A DNA stretch of 59,290 nt, counting the filler, from Piptocephalis cylindrospora (Eukaryota), in assembly GCA_003614145.1 (NCBI GenBank). It is 2 parts of 2 records of this genome, joined end to end, with 100 filler letters (N's around TTAATTAATTAA, not from the genome) between each part and the next. Parts side by side here need not be neighbours in the genome. Positions count along the whole stretch, not along the records: positions 30,084 to 59,290 come from KZ987757.1; 1 more part is not named here. One strand, written 5' to 3'. Position 1 is the stretch's first letter. Every line of letters begins with the position of its first letter. The position numbers were made by a program, and so were the translations under genes. The notes under the pieces are model-generated. The model was not told the DNA's origin. It did no database searches and was given only the letters and a program-made list of their open reading frames with translations. This document shows, piece after piece, positions 37,501 to 51,722 of this stretch.

Positions 37501-38953
37501 CGAGGTCGAAAAATCGATGACCATACGTAAGAATTTTACTCCGATTGAAGTAATGATGAATGAGGGCTCTGACTCATATATGCCCATATACCCAGCAATA
37601 TCATTTGGTGTGGTGACTTTAACTACCGTATCCAAGGAGAAAATTCGCTGGTTCGATCCCTGGCTCTCTCTAAAAAGTTCGCCGAACTTTACCAGGTCGA
37701 TCAGGTAAGGAAGGAGCAATCTCCTCATCTGTCCCATTCAATCTCGCCCATTCTGATTCCTCCTTCCATACAGCTTCGTCGATCCAAACAGGCTGGAATG
37801 GTATTTCAAGGTTATACTGAGTTACCCTTGACATTCCCCCCGACCTATCGGTATAATCTAGGGTCAGATGAGTATGACACGAGTGAAAAGTTCCGGATCC
37901 CCGCCTGGACTGATCGTATCCTCTACCGGGAGGGACGTGGCCGAGAGCTGGAGGGGGTACAAATGGATATAAAGGGAGGAAAACTTCAGCAGGAATCCTA
38001 TGACGCCATCCAAAGTATTCGTATTTCGGATCATCGGCCGGTCCGCGGTGTCTTTACCACGGAGATTATGGTTGTGGATCCTCGGAGGAGAAACCGGCTC
38101 AAGGCCACTCTGACTGGACGAGGTTCCATGGAATCCTTACGCTCCAGGGCCTCCTCCCACTCCAGCACTACCACGGCCCCTCCAAGTCTCTCGATCAAAC
38201 CTGGGTCCAGGGATGTAGATGATCCCTTTGCCTCTCCTACACACACTTCCCGCTCATCCCCAGTCCCACCCCCCTTGCCCCCAAAGCCCAAAAAAAAGGC
38301 AACTCATGGTAATTCATTGATAAAGTGATGGTATGGAACACGAGATTAGGCTCACCCATCCTTCTTCCTTGTCTAGATACCTTGGAGACGGCATTGGATG
38401 ATATGTCCATGAATTCTACCACCTCTTCCTCCTCACCCGTATCCTCATTTGCTGATGTGGATGATTTACTGGACTTGAATTATACCGCTTTTCCCTCTCC
38501 CTCCCCCTCCTCTTCTTCATCCCCTTTCCCAAAGGATAAAACCAGGAGGAATGAAAGAGGAAGATCTCGTAAGTCCTTTTATTTGACAAATAAAAATCAT
38601 TGCCACTACTCACCTTTCTTCCTTCTTCCTCCCTCATGTAGTACCTGCCCCAAGCACAGCTGTAACAAAGTGGTGGGATGGGGTGGTCATCAAAGATCCT
38701 CCAAAAGATCAGGATTCTGCCAGTAAGGGGAATCCCTTTGATGGATCCGATTCCATATCCCCAAAGCCATCGTTCTCCCAGCCCTCTGCTTCTCGGAGAA
38801 ATACAGGTATATGTCTGTCTTTAGAACAGCAATGAACGGCTGCATGCGTCGCTGACTCTAACTTTTTACCTTTATCCTTCCCTTTATCCTAACATTATAG
38901 TTGACGATGACTTTTTGGACTGGACTCCCCTTGAACCCTCTAAATCATCATGA
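34527..38953 (+). CDS. Synaptojanin-like phosphoinositide phosphatase (SAC1 + 5-phosphatase; INP52/INP53 type), multi-exon; 3' exons approximate
   Basis: [49 protein letters not shown] (Sac1); GIQEIV, GNKGAV, FPPTYRY, PAWTDRIL, SDHRPV (5-phosphatase); proline-rich tail. Confidence 0.92.
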
Positions 38954-39133
38954 ACTTGAAGCTTATCTTGCGGTTAGGATAAAGAGAATATGTGTTGAAT
39001 AAAGTCGATTCCTTACGCCGTTCACCTCAATCCCTCCTAGCACATCTATTCAAGGCCTTGTATAGTCCATGTAGCCTTTCCTCTTCTTCTCTCACCATTT
39101 AAAAGCATAGAGTGGCTTCCACAGATCTCTTTT

Positions 39134-40545
39134 TCACAATTCATCATGCTCCTTCGTCTCATCCTTCTGGAATTTCTCCTCAACCACCTCCTCGATTTCC
39201 TCATCATCTTCCATCAATGCATCTACTGGGTCTTGCACAAGTTTTCGCTCATCCTCTCGTCGGTACTCCTCAAAGGCGTCGAGCTCATCCTGCTTCAGGG
39301 ATTCCCAGAGTCTCTTGCCTTCGGAACGGGCGAAATCCTCATCATCCGTGATGAGAATATTGTCAAAAATAGTCCCGGATTTGACCTGCCAAAGATCCAG
39401 AGCAACGTGCCCATGGGTATAGTCCAATGAACCGCCCTCCTGATAATCTGGATTGCGGATCTTGGGTGCCACCCATGACCCCTTGTACTCAGGATTGGGT
39501 ATTCTACGTGGTTTCCACTCCCCGCTCCCTCCTCCCTCCTTGGTCTTGTCATCCATCTCAGGGTTGGGGACCATAGGAGCCGTCCATTCACCATCTTCCT
39601 TCTCATCCCAGTCCTTGGGCTGACTAGCCTCCGGGTCCGGGATCAAGGAGGGGATGTCCTTCCAATCCTCGGGCTTGACATCCTCTGGATCATCCATATC
39701 CTTCTCATCCACCCAGTCCTCCGGCTTCTTCGCCTCGGGGTCCGGAATGTGCTCGGGAAGGACTAGGCCCTTCCAGTGTTTATCTATGGGGCCTGTCAAC
39801 TGCTCTTCCAGATCCATCCAAACCGAGTACGTCTACATGGAAGAAGGATGGATGAGTACGGCGGTGGCTCCATCCTTGGAGAGTCAGAGCGAAAAAAGAT
39901 ACTGTACCATATCAGGCCGGAGCACCAGGGTATATAGGTGGGTGAGCTGATCCACAAAGGGACTAAGTTGATTTCGACTGTTTGGGACCCCCCCATCCTC
40001 CCCACGAAGGATGATGTGAAGACGCTTGTCTCCACAAATATCAGGACCAAACATGATATTAAAGGGCGTTTCCCCGTCCAATTTCTCTGGATCAATATCA
40101 GGAGGCAGGATCTATCCACATTGAGATCAAATGACCAGTTCTGGATGAATAACCCAATAATGAATATAACCTTAACCATTTTCCTTACCTTGAGGTACCC
40201 ACCGCCGCAGTCAATATTTTGCTCGTGTTTGACGGAGAACTGCACCACAAAGGTCTGGTTCCCACTACGCGCTTCCTGGTCGAGCGGAGCGGATATTTGA
40301 TAGAAGCGTGCATCCTGGAAGGTCTGGAGACCTCGATTAACCCAGGGATCCGCGTGAAACAGGCCGTTGGACACGGTGAACATACCCGCTCGAGGATCTG
40401 CCTTGGAATAGACCCACCGGTCTGGGACCTTGGTCCCGTCGAACGGCTCGAAAAAGTACGTGGTTGGCTCAGAGGCCACCACGTTGACCGACAGCATGCA
40501 CGCTCCTACAAAGGAGAGAAGAAAGTATAGGCTGGGTCGGGACAT
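39134..40545 (-). CDS. CRT: Calreticulin (soluble, HDEL-terminated), 3 exons
   Basis: Signal peptide, VVQFSVKHEQNIDCGGGYLK, IMFGPDICG, P-domain IPDPEAKKPEDW repeats, LDLWQVKSGTIFDNILITDD, acidic tail ending HDEL, no transmembrane segment. Confidence 0.93.
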
Positions 40546-41199
40546 ACTAGCCAGGGTGCGGAGGAAAGATTGATGAAAACAAAGATGGATGATGATTAAG
40601 CGTAAGTGATGAGTATAGTAGCGGAAGGCAAGGTATACTTGAGAATACCTGTTAAGGGCGGGGATGTGGGAGGCAATGGCATTTGACAGCAGTAGGCGCG
40701 CATCCCTCACACCGCATGCAAGGTCGCACGCGGACACTGTGGAGAGTGGGAGGTGCATATGGCCAGTATGCGTAGTAACGAAGAAGTACGACAGTCCAAT
40801 GTGAGTCGGTAGTCGTGGTACAGGGGAGAAGGTGCGTAGGAGCTGAATCCCCCACCCCGCCTGGAGCCGCCCATCAGCCTCTAGGGCTCAGCGATGAGAA
40901 TAAAGCTAGTTGGGTATAAAGGGCCTCCCTCGAGATAAATGTGACGTGGGACAGGATGGATTTACCCTTGACTATATTATTATAATGTTTCCCTAGACCT
41001 TCTTTAAACCTTCTAGCTCAGTCAAGGCCATCTCTTTTTCAATCTTCCTTGGATCTGCTTAGTGTCCTAGCCTAGGCTAAGCCTTTTCTTCAAGCTCATT
41101 ACTTTGCCCTCATCCTTTATATATAAAGGCAAGCGTTACCTGGCGCATTCTTGTTACGTCTTCTTATAGACAAAGCCCAGTTCCAATAACGTCCAGTCA

Positions 41200-44100
41200 A
41201 TGGAACCACTTCTCCGACAACTACAGGAGGGTCAGGCGACTCCACGGCTTCAAAGAGGACTGGTGGATCGTGTACTATGGCCCTTTCTTCTGGAATTACC
41301 CATGAACTTAAGTCCTATGGAGATGGAAGCTCGTCTTGAACCTCTGGTGCATGTCTATCCAATATGTAGGTCGTTTCCTTGGGGAGTACATGGAATACTC
41401 AAGTAGATCTACAGCATCATGGCGTTAGTAGCAATTAACGCAATCCACCTCAGTTTCTTCACAGGTCAGGGTGGCCATTGAGGAAAGGCTAGGTGAGGTG
41501 AAGGGTGAGGCCTCTTTCCCTGCGTATCCCTATCTCCTGGTCTACATTTCCTCTTATTCATCCAGGACGTATGCTTTACTTTGCCGTATGGCTACCAAGT
41601 ATACATTTCCAATGGATGATCCTTTTCGAAAACACGTCTACTCAGCCTTAACCCTCTACTTACTCAACTATCCTCAATTATCCTCCATGAATGAGATAAT
41701 CTCACCTATGGCTCATACCGTCCCCGTTAGTAAGGCGCGCCACCATGTCGACGGGGCTCCTCAACAGGTCCAATCTCATCATACCCTCGGAGGTTCCTGT
41801 CACTTGAATGGAATTCAGCCACACCGATCTATCCGTGTGTCCTGGCCCTTTCTCTCCTTACTTCTCCATGCGGACGATGAGAGTGTAAGGTAAGGGGGTT
41901 TTTTATGGGGGATTCGATATCTGTACTTTCCTGCTAAATTGCATCGCCCCCTCTCTATCCTAGATATTCTCAACTTACATCAGCTACAGTATTTGAATGT
42001 GCCTACACCATTACAATCCATGTCCTAGTAGGACAGGGAAAATGTGCTCAAGGTATTGCCCCATCTTCTAGATGCTGCGCGCTTTCTAGAAATGATTTGG
42101 AGAAGGAGCAATTGATGAAGTATACCCTGGATTATCTGGCCCATCGGGCACGAATAGCTTCAAGAAAGGATGGGCCGTCCATAGGGCTCATGGCTCTTCT
42201 CACTGGGGTTCTCCATGGTCTTTGGCTCTCCCAAGTGTCCTTGAAGGGCCTTGCCCGTTACCTTGCTCGCCTGGTCATCTCACTGTGGAGTGGAAAGAGT
42301 CACGGGGGAAGGCTCTTAGCCATACACCTCTCTGCTCTACTCGTGGACCAACTAGAAAATATACCCCATGGCGCCCTAAAGGAGCAAAAAGGATCATTGG
42401 GAGATATTATTTCTATGGGGAGGGCCCTACCTCAAATAGCTCGGCCTACTGGTAAGCTCATATTGCATATTTCTCTGATATTCCAATAGCCTAATCATCC
42501 CACCAACCCATTACTCAACCTCTCCGTCTATGCAGTAGAATCGGTCGTGCTTGCAAGCTACATACTACCCTCTCTAGTCAAATACCTTCCGGACAGCAAT
42601 GAGCCCACTACACATACATGGTGGAAGGCCTTACTTTCCTCGTCCTCTACTCGAAAAATTCTAGAAAAGTCTTATGAAAAGACGAATTCTCCTTGTTCAT
42701 ACTACATCTCGCACCAAGGATCTGCCAGAGTTTCTGAGGGGGAGGATCATGGCCCAGAGAATGATACTAGTGCTCTTGGGCTTAAAGAAAAGGCATTGTC
42801 TCGTATATATCGGGTTTCAGGCCCAACCCCATCGGACCGAACCGCCACCACCATGGACTCCGTCCATGCCAAAAAAGTGAATAATTGGCTAAAGGAGTAT
42901 GTTAGGGATCATGTTGTTCAAGTGATAAAAAGCGATATTTATTTGATACTCATGTTCCTCGTGCCCCATCACCCTCTCTAGGACATTAGTTCCCCAGGAG
43001 TCACTTATAGAGGAATTGCCTGAGCCACAAGAAAATGCCATAATCCCCGCTCACGTTTTCCTCAATGGAGCAATGGAGCGCCTTACAAGGGAAAAGGATG
43101 ATGAACTTGTCAAGAGCCATCGTACTTTCGTCCACCGAACTAGCCTACCCTATCAGGAAATGACCATCTCCTCTCCCATCCCCAAACCTCTAGAAAACGA
43201 TACATGCGTCACATCCGAAACTTGGCGTATATATCCCCCCGAGCTCCTGGTCGAATCACACACCATTCCCCTTCCCATGATGAACAGGAGGGACGAAGAG
43301 ACTCTTGATCATTCAAAAAATCCTAACGGCGGCTATGGAGAGCCCAAACTCCCAATAACTCACCCCCCTTTTTCCCAATCAAAGCTTATGGAGCCCCTGC
43401 GCCATTCCCTTTTCAGTTCCTTTCTTGCTGTGCCAAGCATGGAAAATGTGGATAGGCAGTATTCAGGTGGCCCTAGGCCCTCGGATCCCATCGTCTCCTA
43501 TGCATCCTCCCTGCCAATCAGCAACACGGTCCGAGATAGCAAATACAAGAAAAACCGCCATATCTCCATCAGACAGGATCCCCTATCCCTTACCCTCCCG
43601 GTACTTCCTAGTCAAGTAACCGTCATGCCGTTGCCTAAGCTTGGGGATCCAGAAATCATACCGGCCCCCTCTTTTCCCGTACCGAAGAAATCCATTACCC
43701 GAGGTACGAAAAGTACTCGACATGAAGCACCACTCCTTCCTATGCCCAAATATTCAGTCTATTCATACGGAAATCTACCATCGAAGGACATGGACAATGC
43801 AAAATTCATCCCCCCATGGCACATTCTTTCGTCCCTCTCGAATATGATGGATGCACTACCCTTTGCCTCCGCTTGGCCTGCTCCACTTCAATCTCTGAGC
43901 AGTTCTCTTTCTGCATCCTCTCTACTCCACCCTCTACTTAAGGAGGTCATCCTACGAGACCCAGAGCTCTTTTGTTCCATGGCCTATCGTTCTTTCCCAT
44001 CCTTTGAAGTGTCCTCTTCCACGCGCGGCGCTCTGACCCAGTGAGTATATTCCCCCACCCATGTCTCCCTTGACTCTTCTATTCCAACTCATTCATATTT

Positions 44101-44252
44101 CTATCGTATGTAGGCACCAGGTCATGCAGCTTACTTATACCCTAACCCCTTATGCCATGGAATTGGCAAAATTGGATGAGAGAAAATATCAGTTGGACGG
44201 CTCTTCCCTAACTACATATGAGGCCCATTGTCACCTGCTATCCATTATCTAG
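41200..44252 (+). CDS. Hypothetical multi-exon protein (helical N-terminal part, P/S-rich C-terminal part); boundaries uncertain
   Basis: Series of same-strand ORFs (41200, 41471, 42097, 42547, 43016, 44061) separated by GT...AG-bounded gaps; no family recognised. Confidence 0.55.
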
Positions 44253-44614
44253 TGCATGTCATCATTGCGTTCCAGTGACCAGGAATGATATGCATACATT
44301 GTAAATACATGGTCGTATACCACATGGCTTATGTATCATGGACACATACCAATTACATTTACACCAGAAGTGTCAGGAGAGTCTATCCGCCTCAATAGGA
44401 GGCAGTGGCCCAGCGCCAATTTCCAACTGACCTCAATCACACCCTGACCTCTGTCGCATTACCCAGCCATCTGAAAGGCTCTGGCCCACTCAACTCAGCC
44501 ATCGTCTAGAAAAAGAGCTCTTCCAGCATCTCCTCCCTCCTCCGCCCGCGTTCTCCGTTTCCTCCGATCGTTGTTGCTTCCTCCTCCTCATTCCCTCGCT
44601 CTCTTTTTGCCCTG

Positions 44615-47600
44615 ATGGAAAATATCGTCCTACAAAAGCTTCAGGATACTTCTTCTTCCGAAGGGAATACGCGTGTGGCGGCCGAGCTGGCTCTTCGGGA
44701 GTTAGCCGGAAACCCCGAGTTTCCCTTGGCCCTTCTTAGCATTGTTACCTCAGGTGAATCCTTGCCCGTGGCCAGTCGTCAGGCTGCTGCCCTTGGCCTA
44801 CATAACTACGTTGATGCACACTGGGATTCCTGTCCCGAGCAGGCACGCGCTCAGGTCCGCGCTCGTATTCTCCCCTGCCTCGCCGATCCCTCCTCTTCCA
44901 TAAGGTCAGCTGTGGCGTATGCCACATCCAAGATCGCCGTTCACGACTGGCCCGAGGCTTGGCCTGATCTCTTGCCTTCCCTCATACATGTCGTCACTCA
45001 TGAGCCTCTGGAAAGCCCTGGACTCCATGGCGCCCTTTCCGTCTTGTCCGAAATCATCCAGGCCGAGGTGTCCGAAGAGCAATTCACTTACTTAGCCCCA
45101 TCTCTCACCCCAGAACTTCTGCGCATCCTCACTGCATCTGGAGCTAACGCGGAGGCCGATGGTCTCTCCGTCCGTACTTTAGCCATGGAGATTTTTGGGT
45201 CCTTGGTGGAGGGGGCACAGGTACTCGCTGAATCTGCTACCGATGCCGTTGAGGCGTTTACCTCCCGGTATCGCCTGGATCCTTGGATCACCGCTATACT
45301 TCAGATTCTGGGAGCCCCTTTGGGCGTAGAGACGGAAGCGGAGGTCTCTATCACCCAATCCACCCTCTCCCTTTCTGCCACCGCTCTACGTACCCTCAAC
45401 CTCTTGCTCGTCAGCTTTCGCAAGGCTATCTCCTCAGCCCTCTCCCCTCTTCTCACCACCATCTGGACTCGGCTGTCCGCTCTCCTTCCTCTTTACCTTC
45501 GCCTCACCATTCAGGGCCCCAGCTCGGGCCTGTCCACCACTCTCCAAGACCCCTTAACGACCTTCCTGTACGCCTCGTTTGACTTTTCCATGGCTGCATC
45601 TCGTCGAAAGGCCGGTAAAGGTTTCTTCATTAACTCTTCCTCCCGTCTTACTCATCTTCTGTCTATCATCATGGGATATATGCGCATTACCGCTGATCAG
45701 GAGGTGGAGTGGTCCGAAGACGCGAATGCCTTTGTTGCCGACGAGGAGGAGGATTCCTACTCGGCTAGTGTACGCAACTCGGCCACTGATCTGCTGCTCC
45801 AACTTGTTGAGCGGTACCCTACCCCCGTCCTCAAAGCACTAGGCACCACCGCATCGCAGGAGCTGGCCAGCACTCGGGAGTCTGCCTCGACCAACCAAGA
45901 CCCCCAGTGGTGGAGGACGGACGAGGCCGTGCTTCACGCCATTGGCCGATCCTCCGATTGGCTTGTCCAAATCCTCCAGGAGGGTCCCTCTGCCTCCAAG
46001 GGGGATCCCGAGGGTGGAGAAAGCATCTTGGATTTGGCTGGTCTATTCGAGCACGTTATCCTTGGGCATGTACAGCGTACTAACCTTCCCTTCCTTCAAG
46101 GCCGTGCTCTACTTCTTGCCGCTGAATACGGTACAGTACTTCCCCCAGCCCTGGCCCACCAATATCTCACTGGGGCTATGGAAGCGCTGACCTCTGCAGA
46201 CACCACGATCCCAGTACGCGTTTCAGCCCTGCGGACCATCCATCAATTTGGTCGGTCGGATTTGCAGAGCAAGGGAGTTCGTTTGGTCGAAGGCCAGGAT
46301 AGGGAGAGGCTTCTCAGTGGAGTCCTCGCCTTAGTCGCCGTCACTCGGGAGGATTCTCTTAACCTAGTTCTTGAAGCCCTCCTTTCCACCCTTCGGCTGG
46401 GTGAGTCCCTGGCTGCCTCGTGGATTCAGAGGATCGGTTCTGAGGTCGTCCTTCCCCTCTGGAGGGATCATTCGGATGACTTTCTTGTTCGTAGCCTGAT
46501 GGAGGATGTGGTTCTGGCTGTGGCCAAGCAGCCTAACGGCCGCAGCCTGTGCGACATCCTCTGCCCCCCTATTGCTGAGGCCCTTGGCCATCACCAGGGC
46601 AAGGAACGTAGGGAGGAAACCGAGGAGGAGGAAAAGGCCACGGTTCGAGTGGGCGCTGGTACTGAGCTCCTCGTTGCACTTACCAAATCGATCCCATCTC
46701 CCCTCCCTGATGGCTATGTCTATCCCGTCCTCTCCAGTATCCTTGGGGTCATGGAACGTACCAAGGACCGGGATATTCTTCAAGGGGGCCAACAATGCGT
46801 TCGTCTCCTCGTGGCTAAGGGCATGGACCAAATCATTCAGATGGGTGACCAGGGTCTTCAAGGGGTTATGAGCGTCATTCGACGGGGCGGTACCTCGGAG
46901 TCCGATGTATTTTTCGTCGGGGACCTTGCCAGTCAGCTGGTCGTCCAAGTAAGTAACACAGGTGTTCTTAGGAGGATGGGTAAGTAAGCAAGACCTCTCC
47001 TCACTCTTGAACTACTCCCATCTTCTGTAGGATCATCCGGCGGTCAAAGCTTTGATTCCTGAGATCCTTAGTCGTATGCTTGTCCTACTGACTGCGGGGG
47101 AAACCTCTATGTTCATCCAGGTAAGATAGAGCTTATCATCACTTAGCCCATGGTCCTTCCCCTTACCCATCCGTGATCCCACAGTCCATTGTCCTGGTCT
47201 TTGCCAGGATTATTGAGAGACAGCCCGTGCATGAGCTCGTTGACTTTCTCCTAAGCCAATCGGTTGGGCCCGATGGTAAAAATGGTCTTTCCATCCTGAT
47301 GGAAGCTTGGATGGAGAACTACACTTACTTCCAGGGCTACTTTTCCATGAAACTAAAGTACGTGGTTGAATGAGAACCTTACGAGAGGGGATGAGCGATG
47401 AAGTACTTACACCGTGGCTCATTCGTCCCTTCCCCACTGTACCCATAGCGCCCATGCTCTGGCCACCCTCTATCTTGCTAATGACCCCCGTGTCATGCAG
47501 ATGACCGTCAAAGGAGATCCAGTTGTCTCGGAAGAGAGCTCCAAGGGGCGAAGAATCACCACCCGTTCTCAAAGCAAAATCAACCCCACTCAATACGTCC

Positions 47601-48131
47601 AGATTACGATTGAGGCCAAAGCCATGCACCTTCTCCTTGCCGATTGGGCTGGAGATGTCGAGGCTACCTATGGAAAGCGGGCCGTGGCACAGGCCTCTGG
47701 CTCAGGGGAGGAGGTTGAGGAGGAGGAGTGGGATGACGTGGAAGAGGAGGAGGATGACGAGGATGTCAGTGGCCTTAGTGGTGATCTCAAGTATCTTTCT
47801 GGTAAGAGCTTTTTGTTTTTTTTCCTATTCTTCCCTTCTCGCTTGGCATGGGAATAGCTTGTGCCGATTCACACATACCTTGCTTACCCATACTCCTTCA
47901 TGATTAGATTTCATTGGTGGATCAGGGTTCCTGGACGGGGAGGATGGGGATGATGAGGATGAGGAAACTGATCCCACGATTCTCCAGGATCCCATTTACC
48001 AAGCTGACCTTCAAGTCTTTTTGAAGGAATTTTTCCAGCAAGCCTCCCAACAAACCGAGAGGATTCAGCAAGTGAGCAGTCAGCTTAACCAGGAAGATAT
48101 TGCCTTCCTTACGAAGGCCCTGAGTGCTTAA
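44615..48131 (+). CDS. KAP114: Importin-9 / Kap114 (importin-beta family), multi-exon
   Basis: IBN_N-like start (RQAAALGLHNYVDAHW), IAVHDWPEAWPDL, WSEDANAFVADEE, PFLQGRALL, RITTRSQSK, acidic loop and DPIYQADL C-terminus. Confidence 0.9.
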
Positions 48132-48693
48132 GAAACATGAGTGCTAGACAGGAATAGGAATTTGTGCTAAGCGGGCTTTTTACTAGAGAAGAATCGATGA
48201 TCTTTTTCTATGAGAGGAGGACTGTTATTAGTTTTTGAAGTCCATAGACCCTTTATTAATCATTTCTAAGTCCCCTGATAATCCCTTACCTTTTTTTTAA
48301 AGAGAGGCAAGGGAAAGCAAAGAATGATTAAAATCCCATGATAATATCCCACTGATGATCATGAAACCGCTATATTTCTTCTTAGGTGGGTAGATTAAAG
48401 GAGTATCCGAATACAATACCCGCCTCAATGGTTAGCAATTGTGGTACCATTGTCCATTTTCACTGATTAATGTAAAGGAAAGCAAAGAACATGCAAGCAG
48501 TATGGAGGGCACATTTTTTCCCTTCCAAAGTTGACATATGTTTAAATTAAAGCTCATACAGGGTGGGAAAACCGTATACAAGAGATCATTGAGGAGAGAG
48601 GAATGGGGAACAATGAAAGCTTTTTGCCTACGAGGCATCGAGGGTGCATTAGAATATATGGTCAAAGATATCTGTATTTTATCAGAAAAATGT

Positions 48694-48766
48694 GCAGCTT
48701 TAGCTCAGTTGGGAGAGCGTTAGACTGAAGATCTAAAGGTCCTGTGTTCAATCCACAGAAGCTGCA
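48694..48766 (+). tRNA. tRNA-Phe (GAA), intronless
   Basis: Full cloverleaf: GCAGCTT/AAGCTGC acceptor stem, AGCTCAGTTGGGAGAGC D arm, TTAGA-CTGAAGA-TCTAA anticodon arm, CTGTG-TTCAATC-CACAG T arm; oligo-T terminator at ~48771. Confidence 0.97.
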
Positions 48767-49072
48767 TATCTTTTTTGTTGTTTGGCCCTAAGTTGGTGGA
48801 ACATTCCACCTTGTGAAGATTTGCTTCCATCCTTCTATCAAACTGGGGGAGATCAGAGAAACTTTATGTTCTCCATCACAATGTCCGCGTGAGACATCTA
48901 ACTGTCAGTGCGGAAGAGACTGTGGTGGAGGGGGGGGAAACTCGGTTCAGATGTTGACCCTCCAAGATCTGAGAAATGCCACTCTCCAAAACTTTCCTTA
49001 CCCCAACTGATTTTTTTATATTGCTATACTCCCAACCACTTCCCCTTCACCTTTCATCCCTCTCATTCGCAC

Positions 49073-51512
49073 ATGTCCACGAAGCGCGCCAGAACTACTA
49101 CTAAGACAATCGCTGCCGAGCCTCTGCGGTGTCCGGCTTGTCCTGTTGCCTCTGACATATCAGCGCGGAAAGGCAACGGACCGACTGATGTGTGGATGCA
49201 GTGTGATGGATGCGATGAATGGTACCATTGCGACTGTATAAACGTTCCAGCTCAAGAGGTGGATACGTATGATCGCTGGCATTGCCCTGACTGCTTGCCT
49301 AGTCGTGGCCCTTCTACATGTACGTATAGTATTCTTTAATGGCGCAGCGATTGCTTTGAACGTCTTTTCACTAAAGTCTCTTTTCCCTCTCTTTAGTAAA
49401 GCCACAGCCCACGAGGAGGAGTCGACGTGAACGTCGTGAGTTCAATTATGCCGATTTGTTTTCAGAAACCAAGGCCATGGAAATACCTAGGGACCGATTG
49501 GAAGTTTTGGATACATTTTCCTTTACCCCCGATACCTTTCCTCGACTTCAAGGAACTGAGGTAACCATGAATTGGCTTCGCTCCTCTGAAACTCCCTTGA
49601 ACACTCCGATCATCATCTCTTCTCCCGAGGGCCTGGGCATGGACATGCCACCGGCTTCACTTACGGCTCGAGATGTGGCATCCATGATGGGCCCACAATC
49701 CTCCGTCGAGGTGATGCGAGTTGGAACACAGGCTCGACTCCCTGGATGGACATTGGAGGAATGGGCAAACTATGTAGAGACGCCTCCGGAAGACCGACAG
49801 GAAATCCTGAACGTGATCAGTCTGGAGGTGACAGGGACTAAATTGGGTGAGATGGTCCGGCGCCCTGAGATTGTCCGGGCCTTGGATTGGGTGGATCTCT
49901 TATGGAGTGGAGAGAAAGGCTCACATATAGAGGGAGAAGAGGAGAGCGGACGTCAGAAACCTCGGAAACGACCCAAGAAAGGCGAGTCAGGTTGGCCCAA
50001 GGTGCAGACCTATTGTCTAATGGGTGTCAAGGATGCCTACACGGATTTGTAAGTGGGCTGGCTCGTTGATACCGTTGTCCTTTGTCTCACTCATCTTTTC
50101 TGATGCAACCCTCCTCCTTGGATAGCCATGTAGATTTTGGAGGAACCAGCGTGTACTATCACATTTTGTCAGGGGCCAAGACTTTTTACTTTATCGCTCC
50201 AACTCCACGAAATCTTACCATCTACGAAAAGTGGTGCACGAGCACGGATCAGTCGTTCACTTTCCTTGGGGAACTGGTGGATCAATGTGTTAAGGTGGAG
50301 TTACAGGCCGGAAACACGATGATTATTCCCACAGGATGGATCCACGCCGTACGGACCCCAGAGGATGCCATGGTGATTGGCGGAAACTTCCTGCATGGGC
50401 TCAATATCCCGGGTCAACTGGCCATTGCTAAGATCGAGGAACGGACCCATGTTCCCCAAACCTACAGGTTCCCCTACTGGTATGAGACGTGCTGGCGGGC
50501 CGCCGTGCACTATACAATTTTACTTGAGAATGAGGTAAAGGGGAAGGAAATGGTGGCAGAAGAAGGAGAGAAGAGCACAGGAACAGTAAGTAACATGTGC
50601 GATCAAGAATGGAAGGGGCTATGTGGCCTTGTTTGGTACCTTACCAAGGCAGTAGAGGAAGGATTTGCAGCAATTCGGACTGCAGATACTCCAACTGCTG
50701 GGAGGAGGAAGAGGGGTAAGAAGCTAGAGCCAGTAAAGGATCTTGAAGACGTTGATCAGTTGAAGGACAAGCTGAATTGGCTAGACCGTCTCAAGGGGCA
50801 ACTTGAGCGATGGCACCAATGGTCGGAGGTTCAGAAGGGTAAGAAGAGAAAACATAAGGAGGCTATGCCTAGAACAAAGATGGAGAAGGATGAAAGGCTG
50901 GTGGATGAAGATCAAGCCTCTGGGGGAGATTTAGTCAAGGGAGAGGATATAGAAGGGTCAAGTGGGGAGGAGGAGGAAGAAGAGGAAGAAGTCTTGGAGC
51001 AGGGAAGGGTGGAGCAAGTCAATCATTCATTTGGTATGACTGTCAAGCTCAAGGAGGAAGGATATGAAGATGGCTCCCGGCATCCTGGGCTACGCCAGAA
51101 ACGCTTGTGTAAGCCCGCTTCATCGATGACGGATGAATATGTGTCTAACCTAAGCGAGGAGGAATTGGAAGGAGAGGCTGCCGGAGACGAATGGATCCCG
51201 GAGCAGGAAGAAGGAAAGAAAGAAGGGAGAGGAGATGAGGACGATGCTGATTTTACATTATCAGTCAAATCAAAGGAAAAGCCACCTGCCCATGCTCATC
51301 TTTTGGACAATGATGAGGAGTTGACTGATGATGAGGGGGAGTTTCCATGGTCAATCAAAGCATCCGTTGTAGCTCGAGGAATGGTAAAGCCTCTCTTGAA
51401 TCCTTCTCTTGAAAGCCCTCGACCCAAGGTAAAGACTGATAAGGGGAAGGGCCTTCTTCAGATGGCCAAGCGCAAAAGTACGCATTCCAGTGTTGGATGG
51501 AGGAGGTCCTGA
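49073..51512 (+). CDS. JHD1: PHD + JmjC histone demethylase (JHD1/KDM2-KDM7-like), 3 exons
   Basis: PHD finger CPAC...WMQCDGCDEWYHCDC...WHCPDC; LNVISLE, PKVQTYCLM, spliced TDFHVDFGG and IPTGWIHAV iron ligands. Confidence 0.9.
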
Positions 51513-51722
51513 GGTCAAAATAGCTGATGCTTTTCGGTTTACTCTACCTCGTCGTCCTGCTGTTTATGTGATCCCTTTCTATATACTGCTTTGGTATACT
51601 ACTGTTGTGATTGTTACTTTTATAAAGAGTAAATGTATAATGCAATATATTATTCTTTATTCCAACATCTATTGCCAGTCGTTGCTTGTACATGCACAGA
51701 ATGAGTAAGCATATATGATTGG

